This document shows, piece after piece, positions 21,596 through 32,387 of a DNA stretch of 64,000 nt. The position numbers and the translations under genes are program-made. Each line of letters opens with the position of its first letter. The stretch's first letter is position 1. The notes beneath the pieces were generated by a model. That model was not told where the DNA came from. It did not search any database and saw only the letters and a program-made list of their open reading frames with translations. The stretch is from positions 8,155-72,154 of the forward strand of contig NZ_CBFHVK010000016.1 in the NCBI RefSeq assembly GCF_965659345.1. Direction: 5' to 3'. This DNA is from Planktotalea sp. Lineage in GTDB: Bacteria; Pseudomonadota; Alphaproteobacteria; Rhodobacterales; Rhodobacteraceae.

Positions 21596-23568
21596 TGTCT
21601 GAGACGACTGATACCACCTCTAATTTGCCTATGAGCCGCTCGAAGCTTTCGAGCATTCTTGTTAGTATCGCGATCTTACTAACTGCGGTGCAGTATCTCG
21701 GTTTTCTGCCCGCCGCGCTGCATCGTTTGCCAGAAGCGTTGGTGCCCAACTTCGCTGGATACCTCGATCTGTTCTTTAATTTTGTCAAAGACGATCTAGG
21801 CCTGTTTGCTTTCACCCGCTGGCTCACAGGATTGTTGCAAGTCGTCCTTGATACCACCGCCAACCTGCTGTTTGGCAAACGTCGCTGGCCTAACTTAGGC
21901 CCGATCCCATGGACCGCTATCGCGGCATCAATGGCGGTGCTGGGCTACTATTTGGGCGGCTGGAAAATGGCAGCTTTGGTGGCGTTTACCTTCTGCTGGA
22001 CCGCGCTTGTAGGCCAATGGAAGATCGCGATGCAAACGATGTCTGTGCTTGTTGTCGCAGCACCAACGGCGTTCATCATCGGCCTTTCCCTTGGTATCGC
22101 CGCATGGAAATCGCCTGCAATTGATCGCACTTTGAAGCCCATTTTGTCTGTGCTGCAAACGCTGCCCTTCTTCACTTACCTCCTGCCCGCTGTGATCTTT
22201 TTCAAAGTCGGCCCAACCGCTGGCGCAGTTGCCACAACTATTTACGCAATACCACCAATGATTTTGATGACGACACTGGGTTTGCAGAAAGTCAGCCCAG
22301 AAGTCGTCGAAGCCGGTCACATGAGCGGCTGCACCAAATTCCAGCTGCTGCGCCATGTGTACCTGCCATCTGCACGCACTGAAATTCTGGTGGGCGTGAA
22401 CCAAGTAATTATGCTCTGCCTTGCGATGGTCGTACTTACCGCATTCATCGGCATGCCGGGCCTTGGCGCAAAACTACTCGCAATGATGGGCAGCTTCAAA
22501 CTGGGCCGCTCCTTCGAAATCGGCGTCACCATTGTGCTGCTCGCCGTCACGTTGGATCGCATGTCAAAAGCCTGGGTTGTCAAACAACCAGAGCACTTTG
22601 AGCGCGGCACGCCGTTGTGGAAGCGTCATATTGCACTGCTCTTGGGACTTGGTGCATTCGTATTCTTTTGCATCGTCGCCCAGTTCGTAGAGGTCGCATC
22701 CGAAATTGGCCGCAAGCAAAGCCTTTCCGTGGGCAAAGAGCTGGACACAGGGATCAAATGGTTCCTCAACATTGAATGGGTCAAAGCCACAACAGGGTTC
22801 CTGCGCGCCTTCGTGAACGTGCAAATCCTGATCCCGTTCCGCAACTTTCTACTCTCGATCCCGACACCTGCGTTCATCTTGCTGGTCACAGCCTTCGCAC
22901 TTTGGCTTGGAGGGCGTCGTCAGGCAATTACAGCGCTGATCTTCTTCTCTCTGGTCGCGCTATCCGGCTGGTGGGATCGCTCTGTTATCACGCTCTACTC
23001 GGTCATTTCTGCGGTTTCCATAGCGCTTCTATTTGGCTTGCCAATCGCCATTCTCGCTGCGCGTACCGAGAAATGGTCACAGCGCCTTCTACTGGTCTGC
23101 GATACTGCTCAAACCTTCCCAAGCTTCGTGTACCTGATCCCCGCAATCATGCTCTTTGGCATCACAGACATCGCCGTCATCTTCTCCATCCTGATCTTCG
23201 CCATGGTCCCGCTGATCCGCTATACAATCGAGGGTCTGCGAACCGTGCCACCCGAAGTCATCGAAGCGGCAGAAATGTCAGGGGCCACGCGCATGCAAAA
23301 GCTGGTCAATGTCCAATTGCCGCTAGCCTTGCCGACGATGGCTGTTGGGTTCAACCAAGCGATCATGTTCGCATTCTTCATGGTGATCATCGCCGCGTTC
23401 ATCGGGACACAAGACTTGGGTCAAGAGCTACAGCGCACGTTAGCAGGCACCGATCTGGGGAAGAACTTCGTGCTTGGTATCTGCGTGTCACTTATGGCGT
23501 TGACGTTTGATCTGACGATCCTGAAATGGTCCTCTGATCGGAAAAAATTTCTTGGCTTGGAAGAGTGA
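21592..23568 (+). CDS. tmoV: fused double-domain ABC permease
   Basis: 658 aa with two permease halves. ATGA overlap with the ATPase gene. Confidence 0.8.
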   Translation: MMSETTDTTSNLPMSRSKLSSILVSIAILLTAVQYLGFLPAALHRLPEALVPNFAGYLDLFFNFVKDDLGLFAFTRWLTGLLQVVLDTTANLLFGKRRWPNLGPIPWTAIAASMAVLGYYLGGWKMAALVAFTFCWTALVGQWKIAMQTMSVLVVAAPTAFIIGLSLGIAAWKSPAIDRTLKPILSVLQTLPFFTYLLPAVIFFKVGPTAGAVATTIYAIPPMILMTTLGLQKVSPEVVEAGHMSGCTKFQLLRHVYLPSARTEILVGVNQVIMLCLAMVVLTAFIGMPGLGAKLLAMMGSFKLGRSFEIGVTIVLLAVTLDRMSKAWVVKQPEHFERGTPLWKRHIALLLGLGAFVFFCIVAQFVEVASEIGRKQSLSVGKELDTGIKWFLNIEWVKATTGFLRAFVNVQILIPFRNFLLSIPTPAFILLVTAFALWLGGRRQAITALIFFSLVALSGWWDRSVITLYSVISAVSIALLFGLPIAILAARTEKWSQRLLLVCDTAQTFPSFVYLIPAIMLFGITDIAVIFSILIFAMVPLIRYTIEGLRTVPPEVIEAAEMSGATRMQKLVNVQLPLALPTMAVGFNQAIMFAFFMVIIAAFIGTQDLGQELQRTLAGTDLGKNFVLGICVSLMALTFDLTILKWSSDRKKFLGLEE

Positions 23569-23761
23569 TTTCTATGCCATAGCCGCTTCTTTCATCGCGT
23601 CCACGCCTTTTTGCCAAAGATTGCCTTGCCAGAGTTCGTGCAAGCCTGTTTCACTGGTCGCGCCCTTTGTCATCGGCGCGGTAAAAGCACAAAACAAGAC
23701 ATAGGTCCTGCCTATGAATGAAGAACAAAAACCAAAGAGTCGTCGACGCGGCACCCAGCCC

Positions 23762-25380
23762 TTACAAATGCGGTATTGCGATTTCGGCGCGTCCGGCCAA
23801 CAGCGGACGGTGGTTTTTCATGTGACGCATCGCCAACTTGCGTCCCCGGCGGCCATTCACAATCCGGCGGGCTGGCACAGGCCGATCGTGGATCTCCGCC
23901 AGCTCAGGGAAAATTGTCATGATCTCTGCCACAGCCTCGGTTGGTACGGATTTCAACGCCTGCTTTCTGAGAGAGCGCCGTTGGCAAAGACTACCTCGTG
24001 GGTGTCGCACAGGAAGTGCACATAGGTCACCTCGTGCACGTCATCCGCAACATCAATGCCATCTAGTGCCAACAGATGTTTGGCCGCGACGAGAACTTCG
24101 TTTTCATCAAACATGCGCTGTGCGATCCAGGAACGAACCAGCATCCGGTGTTGCGGTGAAACCAGCAAATCCCTTTCCGGCAGATCGTCCCCCAAAGCAC
24201 CCGCCGAAATGCGGATCGGGCGCAAGTTGCCTTGCGCGGCCAGATGCGCCGCAGCAATCGTCTTGGTGCCAATCCACCGAACAGGCTGCAGCCCGTGATC
24301 GGCCGTCATGACCATGTCGCCCTGCGCCAGATCTTCGACATTGACGGTTTCGCCATGTGCGACCTCGATCTTTGTGCCTGCGGTAAAGCAGATCGGCGCA
24401 GTTGGGCCATCGGCCTCAAACGACGTGTAATTGTGATTGGTATTACCGGCACTAAAAAGGTTGCTCGAAAACGGCTGGCTGGATACCGTGCCATCCGGAT
24501 TGAGTCGCCAGCCTGCGGAATTGGCGTCTGATCTAAACAAACTATTGGCCGGGGTAACTGTGATCCCGTCATTGCCACCACCGCCACTGATGGTTGTCGA
24601 GTCGGTCGTGTTGCCCTGAATTCCGAGGTACAACTGGTCATTCCCCGCTCCGGCGTTGACGTTTCCGTCCACGAACCATCTATCGCCGAAAATGACTTGA
24701 TCGTCGCCGCCGCTTCCAGCGAACGTTCCGCTTTTGGAGACCGAAAAGTCATCGCCTGCTTCAAAGGTCACAGACTCAGCACCTAAGAAGTTTACCCCAC
24801 CGGTGACGGTGGCGTTGTTGCCAAGGGTCACCGTTTGCGTTGACGTCTCCGCAAAGGCGCTCAATGTGCCAAGGGCACCATTGACGGTCAGATCATCGCC
24901 GGCTGTGATTGACGCATCTTCTCGGCCCGCCGTACGAAGGGCCCCGATGATCGCGACACCCGACCCGATCGTGTAATCCGACCCAGCCCCAACCCCAAGC
25001 GGGCCCTCAACATCGCCATTGACGGTGACGTTGTCGCCCAAGTCCAGCACAAACCCAGACGGGCCCGAAACGGATTTCGCATCAAAATCGGCGACCGTTG
25101 CGCCTGCGCCCACGTTTATCGTTAGGCTGTCGCCGCTGGCGTTGATCTGGTGGGAAGAGGCGTCAACACCGGCCGCATAGGTGACCGTCGGATCAGTGCC
25201 CGACAGTAAGTTGAGATCAAACTGGTTGTCTGAGCCGCCGGTTTGGTCCGTGTCGATCACAACATTGAACGCCGCATCACCGTTAAAGATGATGTCGCCG
25301 GTTGTGTTCGGTGACAGGATATAGGTTTCGCCTTCTACGGCGGTGAATGTGCCGCCTCCGACAGGAATTGTTACTGGCAT
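23762..25380 (-). pseudogene. Hint (Hedgehog/intein-like) domain protein with an N-terminal beta-helix-like repeat region, apparently frameshifted near the 3' end
   Basis: The main ORF 23953..25380 contains CFTAGTKIEV...VTYVHFLCDTHEVVFANGALSES, then stops. The usual C-terminal continuation (QALKSVPTEAVAEIMTIFPELAE...) lies in another frame down to 23762. Confidence 0.5.
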
Positions 25381-26300
25381 GTCAAAGCCTCCTCAGCGAA
25401 AGGGCGGCACAGTGTCCGGACGCAAGGCACGCTTTTTTGGTTTGGCACGACTGCGGCCCCAATGGTTGACCAAGCGCACAAGCGCTCTGATCTTGGAACT
25501 GATGAGTCACTTGGGACTTTCATTTCAATACGCTCTTCTCGTGTCTAAGTTTGACGTTGAGGCGTCCTTTGCCAGCCACCTGCGCTTTGCGATCTGAGCG
25601 CAAGAGACGGCTTCGGTACCCAATCTCAATCAGTCAGCAGCGGGGACGTCGCCCCTTGATGCTGCCGCGTAAAGAAAAAAGTTCAAAATTCCCTTAAAAG
25701 ATTTGGCGTTTATCTTTGGATTGCGGGCAGTGCAGCAGGCCCGCATTGCGACGCCGGTTGAACCAAGAGCAATCCACCACGTCAGCAATCAATAGCACCC
25801 TTTGTTTCATCATGCATCTTGATCGCAATAACGCACTTCTCTCCCATCCAAGCCTCAGTTATGAACGTGCAAAACCGATCTATTGTCCGGTGAAACCTTA
25901 CTTCGGTCTGGTGAAACTGATAAACGTTTCCAATGACCTATCGCGAACTCAAAGACCCGAAGAACTTCGATGGCCTTCGCCTGAAGAAAAGGAAGATCGT
26001 TTAATAAGGTTAATGTCGGGCCAGATTGATATTAACGATCTTCTAAATCAAAAACTGGACCACATAAATCTTATGAGTGACCTCAAACGCCACCCGAAAA
26101 GGGAGGTATCAAACCGCGCCAGGTCCGGAAAAGATCCATCGACGCTAGGTTTGATAGTTTTCTCCTCAACCTAAGCGTCCCTCACTACACCATAGAGTGT
26201 AAAGTCGCTCAAATCCCCTTGTAGCGCAGTCCTAAAAGCGTTAGCAAAAACGTATAATTTTTTGGCGTTTCGCTAAGTCTGTGCGCGCAAAAGGAATGAA

Positions 26301-27491
26301 ATGTCGCGTCTCATCCACATCATTTACAGCAGCGCTGCAAAAGCCCCATTTAGCTATGAAGATCATTTGACACTTCTGGGGACGTCCCGCACAAAGAACT
26401 CTAGCCTCAACATCAGCGGAATGCTTCTACACATCGAGGGCAGCTTTCTTCAGGTGATCGAGGGCCGCGAAGAAGATATCGATGAACTCTTCAACAAAAT
26501 CGCGGACGATCCTCGCCACGGAAACATCGTCACGATCGTTCGGGAATCGATCGCGCAACGCGCTTTTTCAGATTGGAGCATGGGCTTCGCTGACGTAAAG
26601 CTAGATGAGCTTGAACAGAACACGGGTTGGAACGATTTTCTAACCAATCCTGACGCGTTGCATACCTTAGTGCCCGGCCGCGCCCAAAAATTGCTTAAGG
26701 CGTTTATAGACGGGCGCTGGAGGAGCAAAACACCAAGAACTAAACCTGCCGCACCACTTACCACGGACGCTCATCCAGCCAAAATCGATACAGATGACAT
26801 GGCTGTTGCATTCCAGCCCATCATTTCGTTCGCACAGAACGCAGTCGTTTCTTACGAAGCACTGACATGGGACAATCGCATGCAAAGGGAAATGACCGTT
26901 GCAGATAAAGGTGCAGAAGCGCTGGGACAAATTGAAGAAGTCGCACGCAAACATGCGATGCTCATGTCCGCAAAGCCGGGTATGAACTTTGGGATTAACA
27001 TCAATGTACGCCCTGTAAGCCCTGAAGATGCAGTCAGCAAAATGCAATCCATCATCGACGAAGCGAAAGCACAGAACTTAGCAAACCGCAGTATCACACT
27101 TGAACTCAACCAAGACTACCTAAGCGGTGACTTGGATTCGATCATCAAGATCGTTCAGGATTGCAAAGAAAACGGGCTCAAAATTTGCCTTGATGACTTT
27201 GGTGCTGGCCGCTCAGATTTGAACAGATTGGAAATGAGCCAACCCAACTCGATCGCCTTGAATCCTCAGTTGGTGCGCGACGTAGACACGAATGGGACCA
27301 AACAAGCGATTATCCGCGGGCTTGTTCAAACAAGCGATGACCTAGGAATTGATATCATCGCGAAGCACGTCGAAAACGAGCGAGAGCTTGACTGGCTCGT
27401 CGCCGAAGGGATCGATCTTTTCCAAGGCGGATTGTTTGGCACGCCCAAGATTGACGAATTTCCACAAGATGTGCGCTTGCCAGCAAAATGA
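26301..27491 (+). CDS. BLUF blue-light sensor fused to a degenerate EAL domain
   Basis: BLUF: LIHIIYSSAA...GMLLHIEGSFLQVIEG...DPRHGNI. EAL domain has YEALTW, LELNQ, DDFGAGRS, IALNP and AKHVE in place of the canonical EALxR, ELTE, KxD and EGVE. Confidence 0.85.
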   Translation: MSRLIHIIYSSAAKAPFSYEDHLTLLGTSRTKNSSLNISGMLLHIEGSFLQVIEGREEDIDELFNKIADDPRHGNIVTIVRESIAQRAFSDWSMGFADVKLDELEQNTGWNDFLTNPDALHTLVPGRAQKLLKAFIDGRWRSKTPRTKPAAPLTTDAHPAKIDTDDMAVAFQPIISFAQNAVVSYEALTWDNRMQREMTVADKGAEALGQIEEVARKHAMLMSAKPGMNFGININVRPVSPEDAVSKMQSIIDEAKAQNLANRSITLELNQDYLSGDLDSIIKIVQDCKENGLKICLDDFGAGRSDLNRLEMSQPNSIALNPQLVRDVDTNGTKQAIIRGLVQTSDDLGIDIIAKHVENERELDWLVAEGIDLFQGGLFGTPKIDEFPQDVRLPAK

Positions 27492-28207
27492 CACCGAACC
27501 AGTCCGTACCAGACTTTTCAATTGCCTTTCAGCCCATCATCGATGCAGCAGCTGGCACAATTTACTCGCAAGAGGCCATAGTAAGAGGACCAAAAAGCGC
27601 GTCTGCGCAGTCGCTTTTCCTCTTACTTGACCCGGCGGTGCACGCCCAAGCCGATGCCGCCTTCCGGTTCGAAGCAATCCGTATGGCGGGATTGGCAGGT
27701 CTCACCAGTCAGCTCAATGTGAGTGTACTTCCCAGCGCCCTTGAAAGATCAGCAGATGCTCTGAAAACAACACTTGAGGCAGCTCATCAGTTTGGTGTCT
27801 CCCCAAACCACTTGGTTTTGCAAATTACAGAGAACGAGATCATCATTGACTCAGCAACATTCACCAGGCGTCTGGATGATTTGCGACAAGATGGCTTGAA
27901 GCTTGCGATTGATGATTTTGGTGCCGGCTACGCTGGACTTAATCTTTTGGCCGATTTTCAACCGGAGGTGGTCAAGCTCGACAAACGCTTGGTGCGCGAC
28001 ATCGCCCATCACGGCCCTCGCCAAGCAATTGTGCGCGGCATTTCAAGAACATGTAACGATCTAGGCATAGATATTATTGCCGAGGGTATTGAAGCAGAAG
28101 AAGATTACTTTTGGTTTTTGGATGAAGGCATAACCCTGTTTCAGGGGCGCCTTTTTGCTCAACCAAAGTTAGGCACTATCACCACAGCATTTACGCTGCC
28201 AAAGTGA
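27488..28207 (+). CDS. stand-alone EAL-domain protein (candidate c-di-GMP phosphodiesterase)
   Basis: QEAIVRG, LQITENE, DDFGAGYAG, VKLDKRL, AEGIEAEE, LFQG. ATGA overlap with the BLUF-EAL gene. Confidence 0.85.
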   Translation: MTPNQSVPDFSIAFQPIIDAAAGTIYSQEAIVRGPKSASAQSLFLLLDPAVHAQADAAFRFEAIRMAGLAGLTSQLNVSVLPSALERSADALKTTLEAAHQFGVSPNHLVLQITENEIIIDSATFTRRLDDLRQDGLKLAIDDFGAGYAGLNLLADFQPEVVKLDKRLVRDIAHHGPRQAIVRGISRTCNDLGIDIIAEGIEAEEDYFWFLDEGITLFQGRLFAQPKLGTITTAFTLPK

Positions 28208-28249
28208 CACCAGCCCTAGTCTTGAATACCTCAATAAGTGATTTGAAAA

Positions 28250-29974
28250 ATGCCAAAGAAGAAAAATCCAGAAGACCCACAAGACCCAGACAAACGTACA
28301 GCTTCTGATACCACAGTCCGCGATCTTCAGGCTCAATCCAACCAATTGTACCGCGCCGCAAACGAACTTCAACGCACCAACCGTTTTCAATCCATGATCT
28401 TGGACAGCATCAATCAGGGCGTGGTTGTGGTAGACGAGTTTTCGCAACTTGTCGCTTGGAATGACGAATTCTTAAAGCTCTATGGACTGAACCCTAAAGC
28501 GCTTCAAAAAGGGATGGATCTGCAAATTTTTTGCGATTTGTTTGCAGCCTCTGAAGACAGTCCAGAGCGCGCGCCTGCCCTATCTTTCAATCACCGCTTG
28601 GGCGCACTTGGGGCAGGTGATTATCTTGATGTGCTTGCCGATGGCAAAGCTATTGAAATTCGGATCAGCGATAGAACCTCGGGCGGGCTGATCGCCACCT
28701 ATACAGATGCCACCCCTCACTTTGAAACTGAAGCAAAGCTTCGTGACCAAAGAAAACAACTAAGCGAGCAAGTTACGCGGCTACGCACACTTGGCTCATC
28801 TTTAGAAGAAGCACGCAAACAAGCCGTTCATTCAGATCAGCAAAAATCGCGATTTTTAGCGATGATCAGCCATGACATCAGAACACCAATGAGCGCGATC
28901 ATCTCTAGCCTAGAGCTTTTGTCAGACGACAAAACACAAAAAGATCATGACCGACTTCGTGAAGTCGCGCTCGCCAGTGGGCAGCAAATGCTGTTTTTGC
29001 TCTCAGATATCATCGAAGTGTCGCGCACTGATGGTTGGAACTTCACAATCAAACCAGAAAACACCGCAATGACAGAGCTGTTGAAAGCCGTTGTTGATGC
29101 TTGGGAACCTTTAGCCGCTAAGAAAGATATCACCCTGAATTTGCAAATCGGCAAAAACGTTCCAAACCATATCCAAACGGACCCCAAGCGCTTGCGCCAA
29201 GTGATCGACAATCTCATTAGCAACGCCATCAAATTCACTCAGATTGGCTCGGTAACCGTCAACGCAGAATTCCGCAAAACGCCCCAAGGCGATGTCATAC
29301 GAATTGGGGTGAAAGATACTGGCCGAGGCATCGATAAAGAGAAGCAATATAAGCTTTTCCAAGAGTTCGGTCGCGTTGAAGATACCAACACACCTGCGGT
29401 TGAGGGCACCGGATTGGGGCTTTCGATTTCTAAACGCATCATCGAAAGCATGGCAGGAACGATCGGCGCTGAAAGCGACACTAAGTCAGGCAGCTTGTTC
29501 TGGATTGAAATACCTTTCGTGCCAGCAGAACAAATAGACGAGCCGAGCACGATAGCGCCACAAAGCCCCTCAGACACAATATCAAAACAAGGGCCTCCAC
29601 ACATTCTCGTCGTAGATGACAATCAAGTGAACCGCATGGTCATTTCATCATCGCTGAAAGTGCTTGGCTGCACGACCGAGGAGGCCATCGACGGTAATGA
29701 CGCGGTGCAAAAGATTGAAAGTGGTGATTTCGACCTCATCTTGATGGACAACTATATGCCCAACGCAAGCGGTCCAGAGGCAGCGAAACGCATCCGCGCC
29801 GCAACAACACCCAAAAGCACAGTTCCAATCGTTGGCCTTACAGCGTCTGATGATCAACATGAAAAAGACGTTATGCTGAAAGCGGGCATGAATGTTGTCT
29901 ATGTAAAGCCACTCGGCAAAGCGGTCCTAACGTCTATTCTACGCGAGTATGTAAAATCACCTCGACTCCTCTAA
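28250..29974 (+). CDS. cytoplasmic hybrid sensor histidine kinase (PAS-like, HisKA, HATPase, REC)
   Basis: H-box FLAMISHDIRTPM, G-boxes GTGLGLSISKRI, receiver ILVVDDNQVNR...LILMDNYMP. Confidence 0.85.
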   Translation: MPKKKNPEDPQDPDKRTASDTTVRDLQAQSNQLYRAANELQRTNRFQSMILDSINQGVVVVDEFSQLVAWNDEFLKLYGLNPKALQKGMDLQIFCDLFAASEDSPERAPALSFNHRLGALGAGDYLDVLADGKAIEIRISDRTSGGLIATYTDATPHFETEAKLRDQRKQLSEQVTRLRTLGSSLEEARKQAVHSDQQKSRFLAMISHDIRTPMSAIISSLELLSDDKTQKDHDRLREVALASGQQMLFLLSDIIEVSRTDGWNFTIKPENTAMTELLKAVVDAWEPLAAKKDITLNLQIGKNVPNHIQTDPKRLRQVIDNLISNAIKFTQIGSVTVNAEFRKTPQGDVIRIGVKDTGRGIDKEKQYKLFQEFGRVEDTNTPAVEGTGLGLSISKRIIESMAGTIGAESDTKSGSLFWIEIPFVPAEQIDEPSTIAPQSPSDTISKQGPPHILVVDDNQVNRMVISSSLKVLGCTTEEAIDGNDAVQKIESGDFDLILMDNYMPNASGPEAAKRIRAATTPKSTVPIVGLTASDDQHEKDVMLKAGMNVVYVKPLGKAVLTSILREYVKSPRLL

Positions 29975-30116
29975 AGATAACAGTCGTTATTCACATGCCC
30001 TCAACTCTGCAACATTCCACGATTTATCAACGCGAATAAAGATAACAACGGAAACCGCATTACATTAAGCTTCGGTCAAGCAGCCTCAGGCTACCGCGCC
30101 CAAAACACTGCAAAGA

Positions 30117-32306
30117 GTGAGGCTCCTTGAAACAATTGTATTGGAAGCAATGCCGATGTTGTTAAAAGAAGACGCCCCTACGAATGAAGACCACCACTCC
30201 ATCCATACCAAAGTAATTTTTATTACATCTTGGGGTATCGTCGTTTGCTGTATCGGCTGGATGGCTCTCGCATACTATCTGGGTGAACCGCTAATCGCTC
30301 TTTTGACAGCACCAGCTTTGCTCGGTACAATCTTTGCAACTATTGTTACAGCTTACGGAATGCCCTTACTAGGACGATCAGTTTGGAGCGCTGGCGGTAT
30401 CGTTGCAGTGACTTTGGCAAGTTTTACAATTCATGAAGCCGCTAACCCAGAACTTATGTACCTTATTCTGCTCGGTGGGCCATTCTTGACGTTCGCCGTG
30501 GGGCGCGAAAACCTTCAGCTCATAATTGTAACAAGTGCCACCGCCATTTCGTTGGTTGCCGTACTTCTGCTAGGGAATGATTTCTTTGGAACACCCTGGG
30601 TCGGAGAAGCGATCGCAGAAAAATATGTGGCAAATGGAATGCTGGTAATGGTGTTCATTCTGATCGCCGTTGAGATGGCTGCATTCGGAATTTTGGCCCA
30701 TACCAATCAAGTTAAGATGGAAGCCTCCAACACTCAGGCACGTCTTGCTAGTAGAGCGAAAACAGACTTCCTAGCCGCTATGAGCCATGAAATTAGAACC
30801 CCAATGAATGGCGTCGTGGGAATGGTAGAAATTCTCGAGAGCAGCAAACTCACGACGGAACAAAGCCGCATTGTCGAAACGATCCGCGACTCGTCGACGG
30901 CGCTATTGTCCATTATCGAGGACATTCTCGATATGTCCCGGATCGAAGCTGGCAAACTAGAATTAAAGCTTCAAAAAACTGAGCTCTTAAGCGTTTTCGA
31001 AAAATCAGCGGACACGCTCAGGCACTTTGCTGAAGCTCATCATGTGACCTTGTCGATAAATTATGATCCTGACTTGCCCGAATATTTGAGTTGCGATCCT
31101 GGTCGCTTGCGCCAGATCACGTTGAATCTGCTATCTAACGCCATCAAGTTCTCAAAAAGGCCACCAGAGGATCCAAAAGGTCAGGTTCTTCTAACTGTTG
31201 GGTATAACGACCAAGGTAATTTGAAGGTGGAAGTCTCGGATGATGGGATAGGCATCAGTGAGGATTTCCTATCCAGTTTATTCGACCCGTTTGAGCAATC
31301 AGCAGAGGTCCGACGTCATGAGTTTGGCGGGTCCGGGCTTGGCCTTGCGATCGTTTCACAACTTGTCGAAAAACTTAACGGTTCAATTGGAGTGGAAAGC
31401 CAGCGCGGACAAGGGTCTACCTTCACTGTTCACCTACCCATACTTGATCAAGAAGGCCAAATAAGGCTCCCAAACCTAGCTGATAAGACGATCGCTTACC
31501 TGCAAAATTCAGATGGCGGTATGCACTATTTTCAAAAGCTCATAGAACGCTCCGGTGGTCATTTCATGACTTTCGAGACTCAAGAAGACTTGATCACAGC
31601 CGCCCAAATCCAGAACGATAACGTCGTTTACATCGTACCTTACGCCTTCGAAAATTGGCAGAACGACACGGCAACCGACGGATCTAACACTTGGAATTTC
31701 TCTGACAATACAAACGTGATCTTTCTGTCTTCTGCTCACCACCAATTGGCCAACCACTCTCAGCAAGAACATATTGTCCTTCCATCTGCCCCCATTTTGA
31801 ACAGCGCTTTGATTAACGCGCTCGAACGCGCTTTCAACATAAAAGCCCCCGCGCCGGACATCGGACAATCAAATGAAACCGCGTTGCTTTCAGACAAGAA
31901 AGACAGTGATGCTCCACGGATTCTTGCAGCTGAAGATAACGGCATTAACCGCGTTGTTTTGGAAAGCCAGTTGGCGCAACTAGGATATGCTCCAATCATC
32001 GTAGAAGATGGCGCAAAGGCTTATGAAGCATGGAAACTTGGTGAGTTCGATCTCATTTTGACCGACTGTCAAATGCCAATCGTCGACGGGTTTGAATTGA
32101 CCAGAAAGATCCGAGAAGATGAGGCTAAAGACGGCCTAAACAGCATCCCGATAATAGCAATCACCGCAAACGCCGTGCGCGGCGAAGGCGAACGATGTGT
32201 AGCGGCAGGTATGGATGCTTATTTAACCAAGCCGACAACTCTGGCTGAGCTGAAATCAACCCTTGGAAAGCACGTAAAGAACGCGGGCGTTACGTCCACT
32301 GGGTAA
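30117..32306 (+). CDS. membrane hybrid sensor histidine kinase (multi-TM sensor, HisKA, HATPase, REC)
   Basis: About 6 N-terminal TM helices, H-box FLAAMSHEIRTPMN, GSGLGLAIV, receiver ILAAEDNGINR...LILTDCQMP. The start is uncertain (GTG 30117 or ATG 30153). Confidence 0.85.
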   Translation: MRLLETIVLEAMPMLLKEDAPTNEDHHSIHTKVIFITSWGIVVCCIGWMALAYYLGEPLIALLTAPALLGTIFATIVTAYGMPLLGRSVWSAGGIVAVTLASFTIHEAANPELMYLILLGGPFLTFAVGRENLQLIIVTSATAISLVAVLLLGNDFFGTPWVGEAIAEKYVANGMLVMVFILIAVEMAAFGILAHTNQVKMEASNTQARLASRAKTDFLAAMSHEIRTPMNGVVGMVEILESSKLTTEQSRIVETIRDSSTALLSIIEDILDMSRIEAGKLELKLQKTELLSVFEKSADTLRHFAEAHHVTLSINYDPDLPEYLSCDPGRLRQITLNLLSNAIKFSKRPPEDPKGQVLLTVGYNDQGNLKVEVSDDGIGISEDFLSSLFDPFEQSAEVRRHEFGGSGLGLAIVSQLVEKLNGSIGVESQRGQGSTFTVHLPILDQEGQIRLPNLADKTIAYLQNSDGGMHYFQKLIERSGGHFMTFETQEDLITAAQIQNDNVVYIVPYAFENWQNDTATDGSNTWNFSDNTNVIFLSSAHHQLANHSQQEHIVLPSAPILNSALINALERAFNIKAPAPDIGQSNETALLSDKKDSDAPRILAAEDNGINRVVLESQLAQLGYAPIIVEDGAKAYEAWKLGEFDLILTDCQMPIVDGFELTRKIREDEAKDGLNSIPIIAITANAVRGEGERCVAAGMDAYLTKPTTLAELKSTLGKHVKNAGVTSTG

Positions 32307-32339
32307 ACCGGGCAGCGCTTTAGAATGGGCCAAAAGATG

Positions 32340-32372
32340 AACGAGCGCGACTAACAGCAACGCTCGTTTTCA
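32340..32372. terminator. bidirectional hairpin terminator between convergent genes
   Basis: AACGAGCG...CGCTCGTT with T-rich runs on both strands. Confidence 0.5.
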
Positions 32373-32387
32373 TTGTTCAAAATTTGG

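Noticed and set aside
23572-23754. 60-aa minus-strand ORF right after tmoV. Its C-terminus (…LHELWQGNLWQKGVDAMKEAAMA) looks protein-like.
   Set aside because: It may be the remnant of a longer gene. It is too short and lacks a credible start or any motif.
25716-26174. 152-aa ORF in the gap between the Hint-domain gene and the BLUF gene.
   Set aside because: It has a non-ATG start, no obvious ribosome-binding site, many rare codons (ATA, AGG, CTA, TTA) and no recognisable domain. It could be a foreign orphan gene, but the evidence is insufficient.
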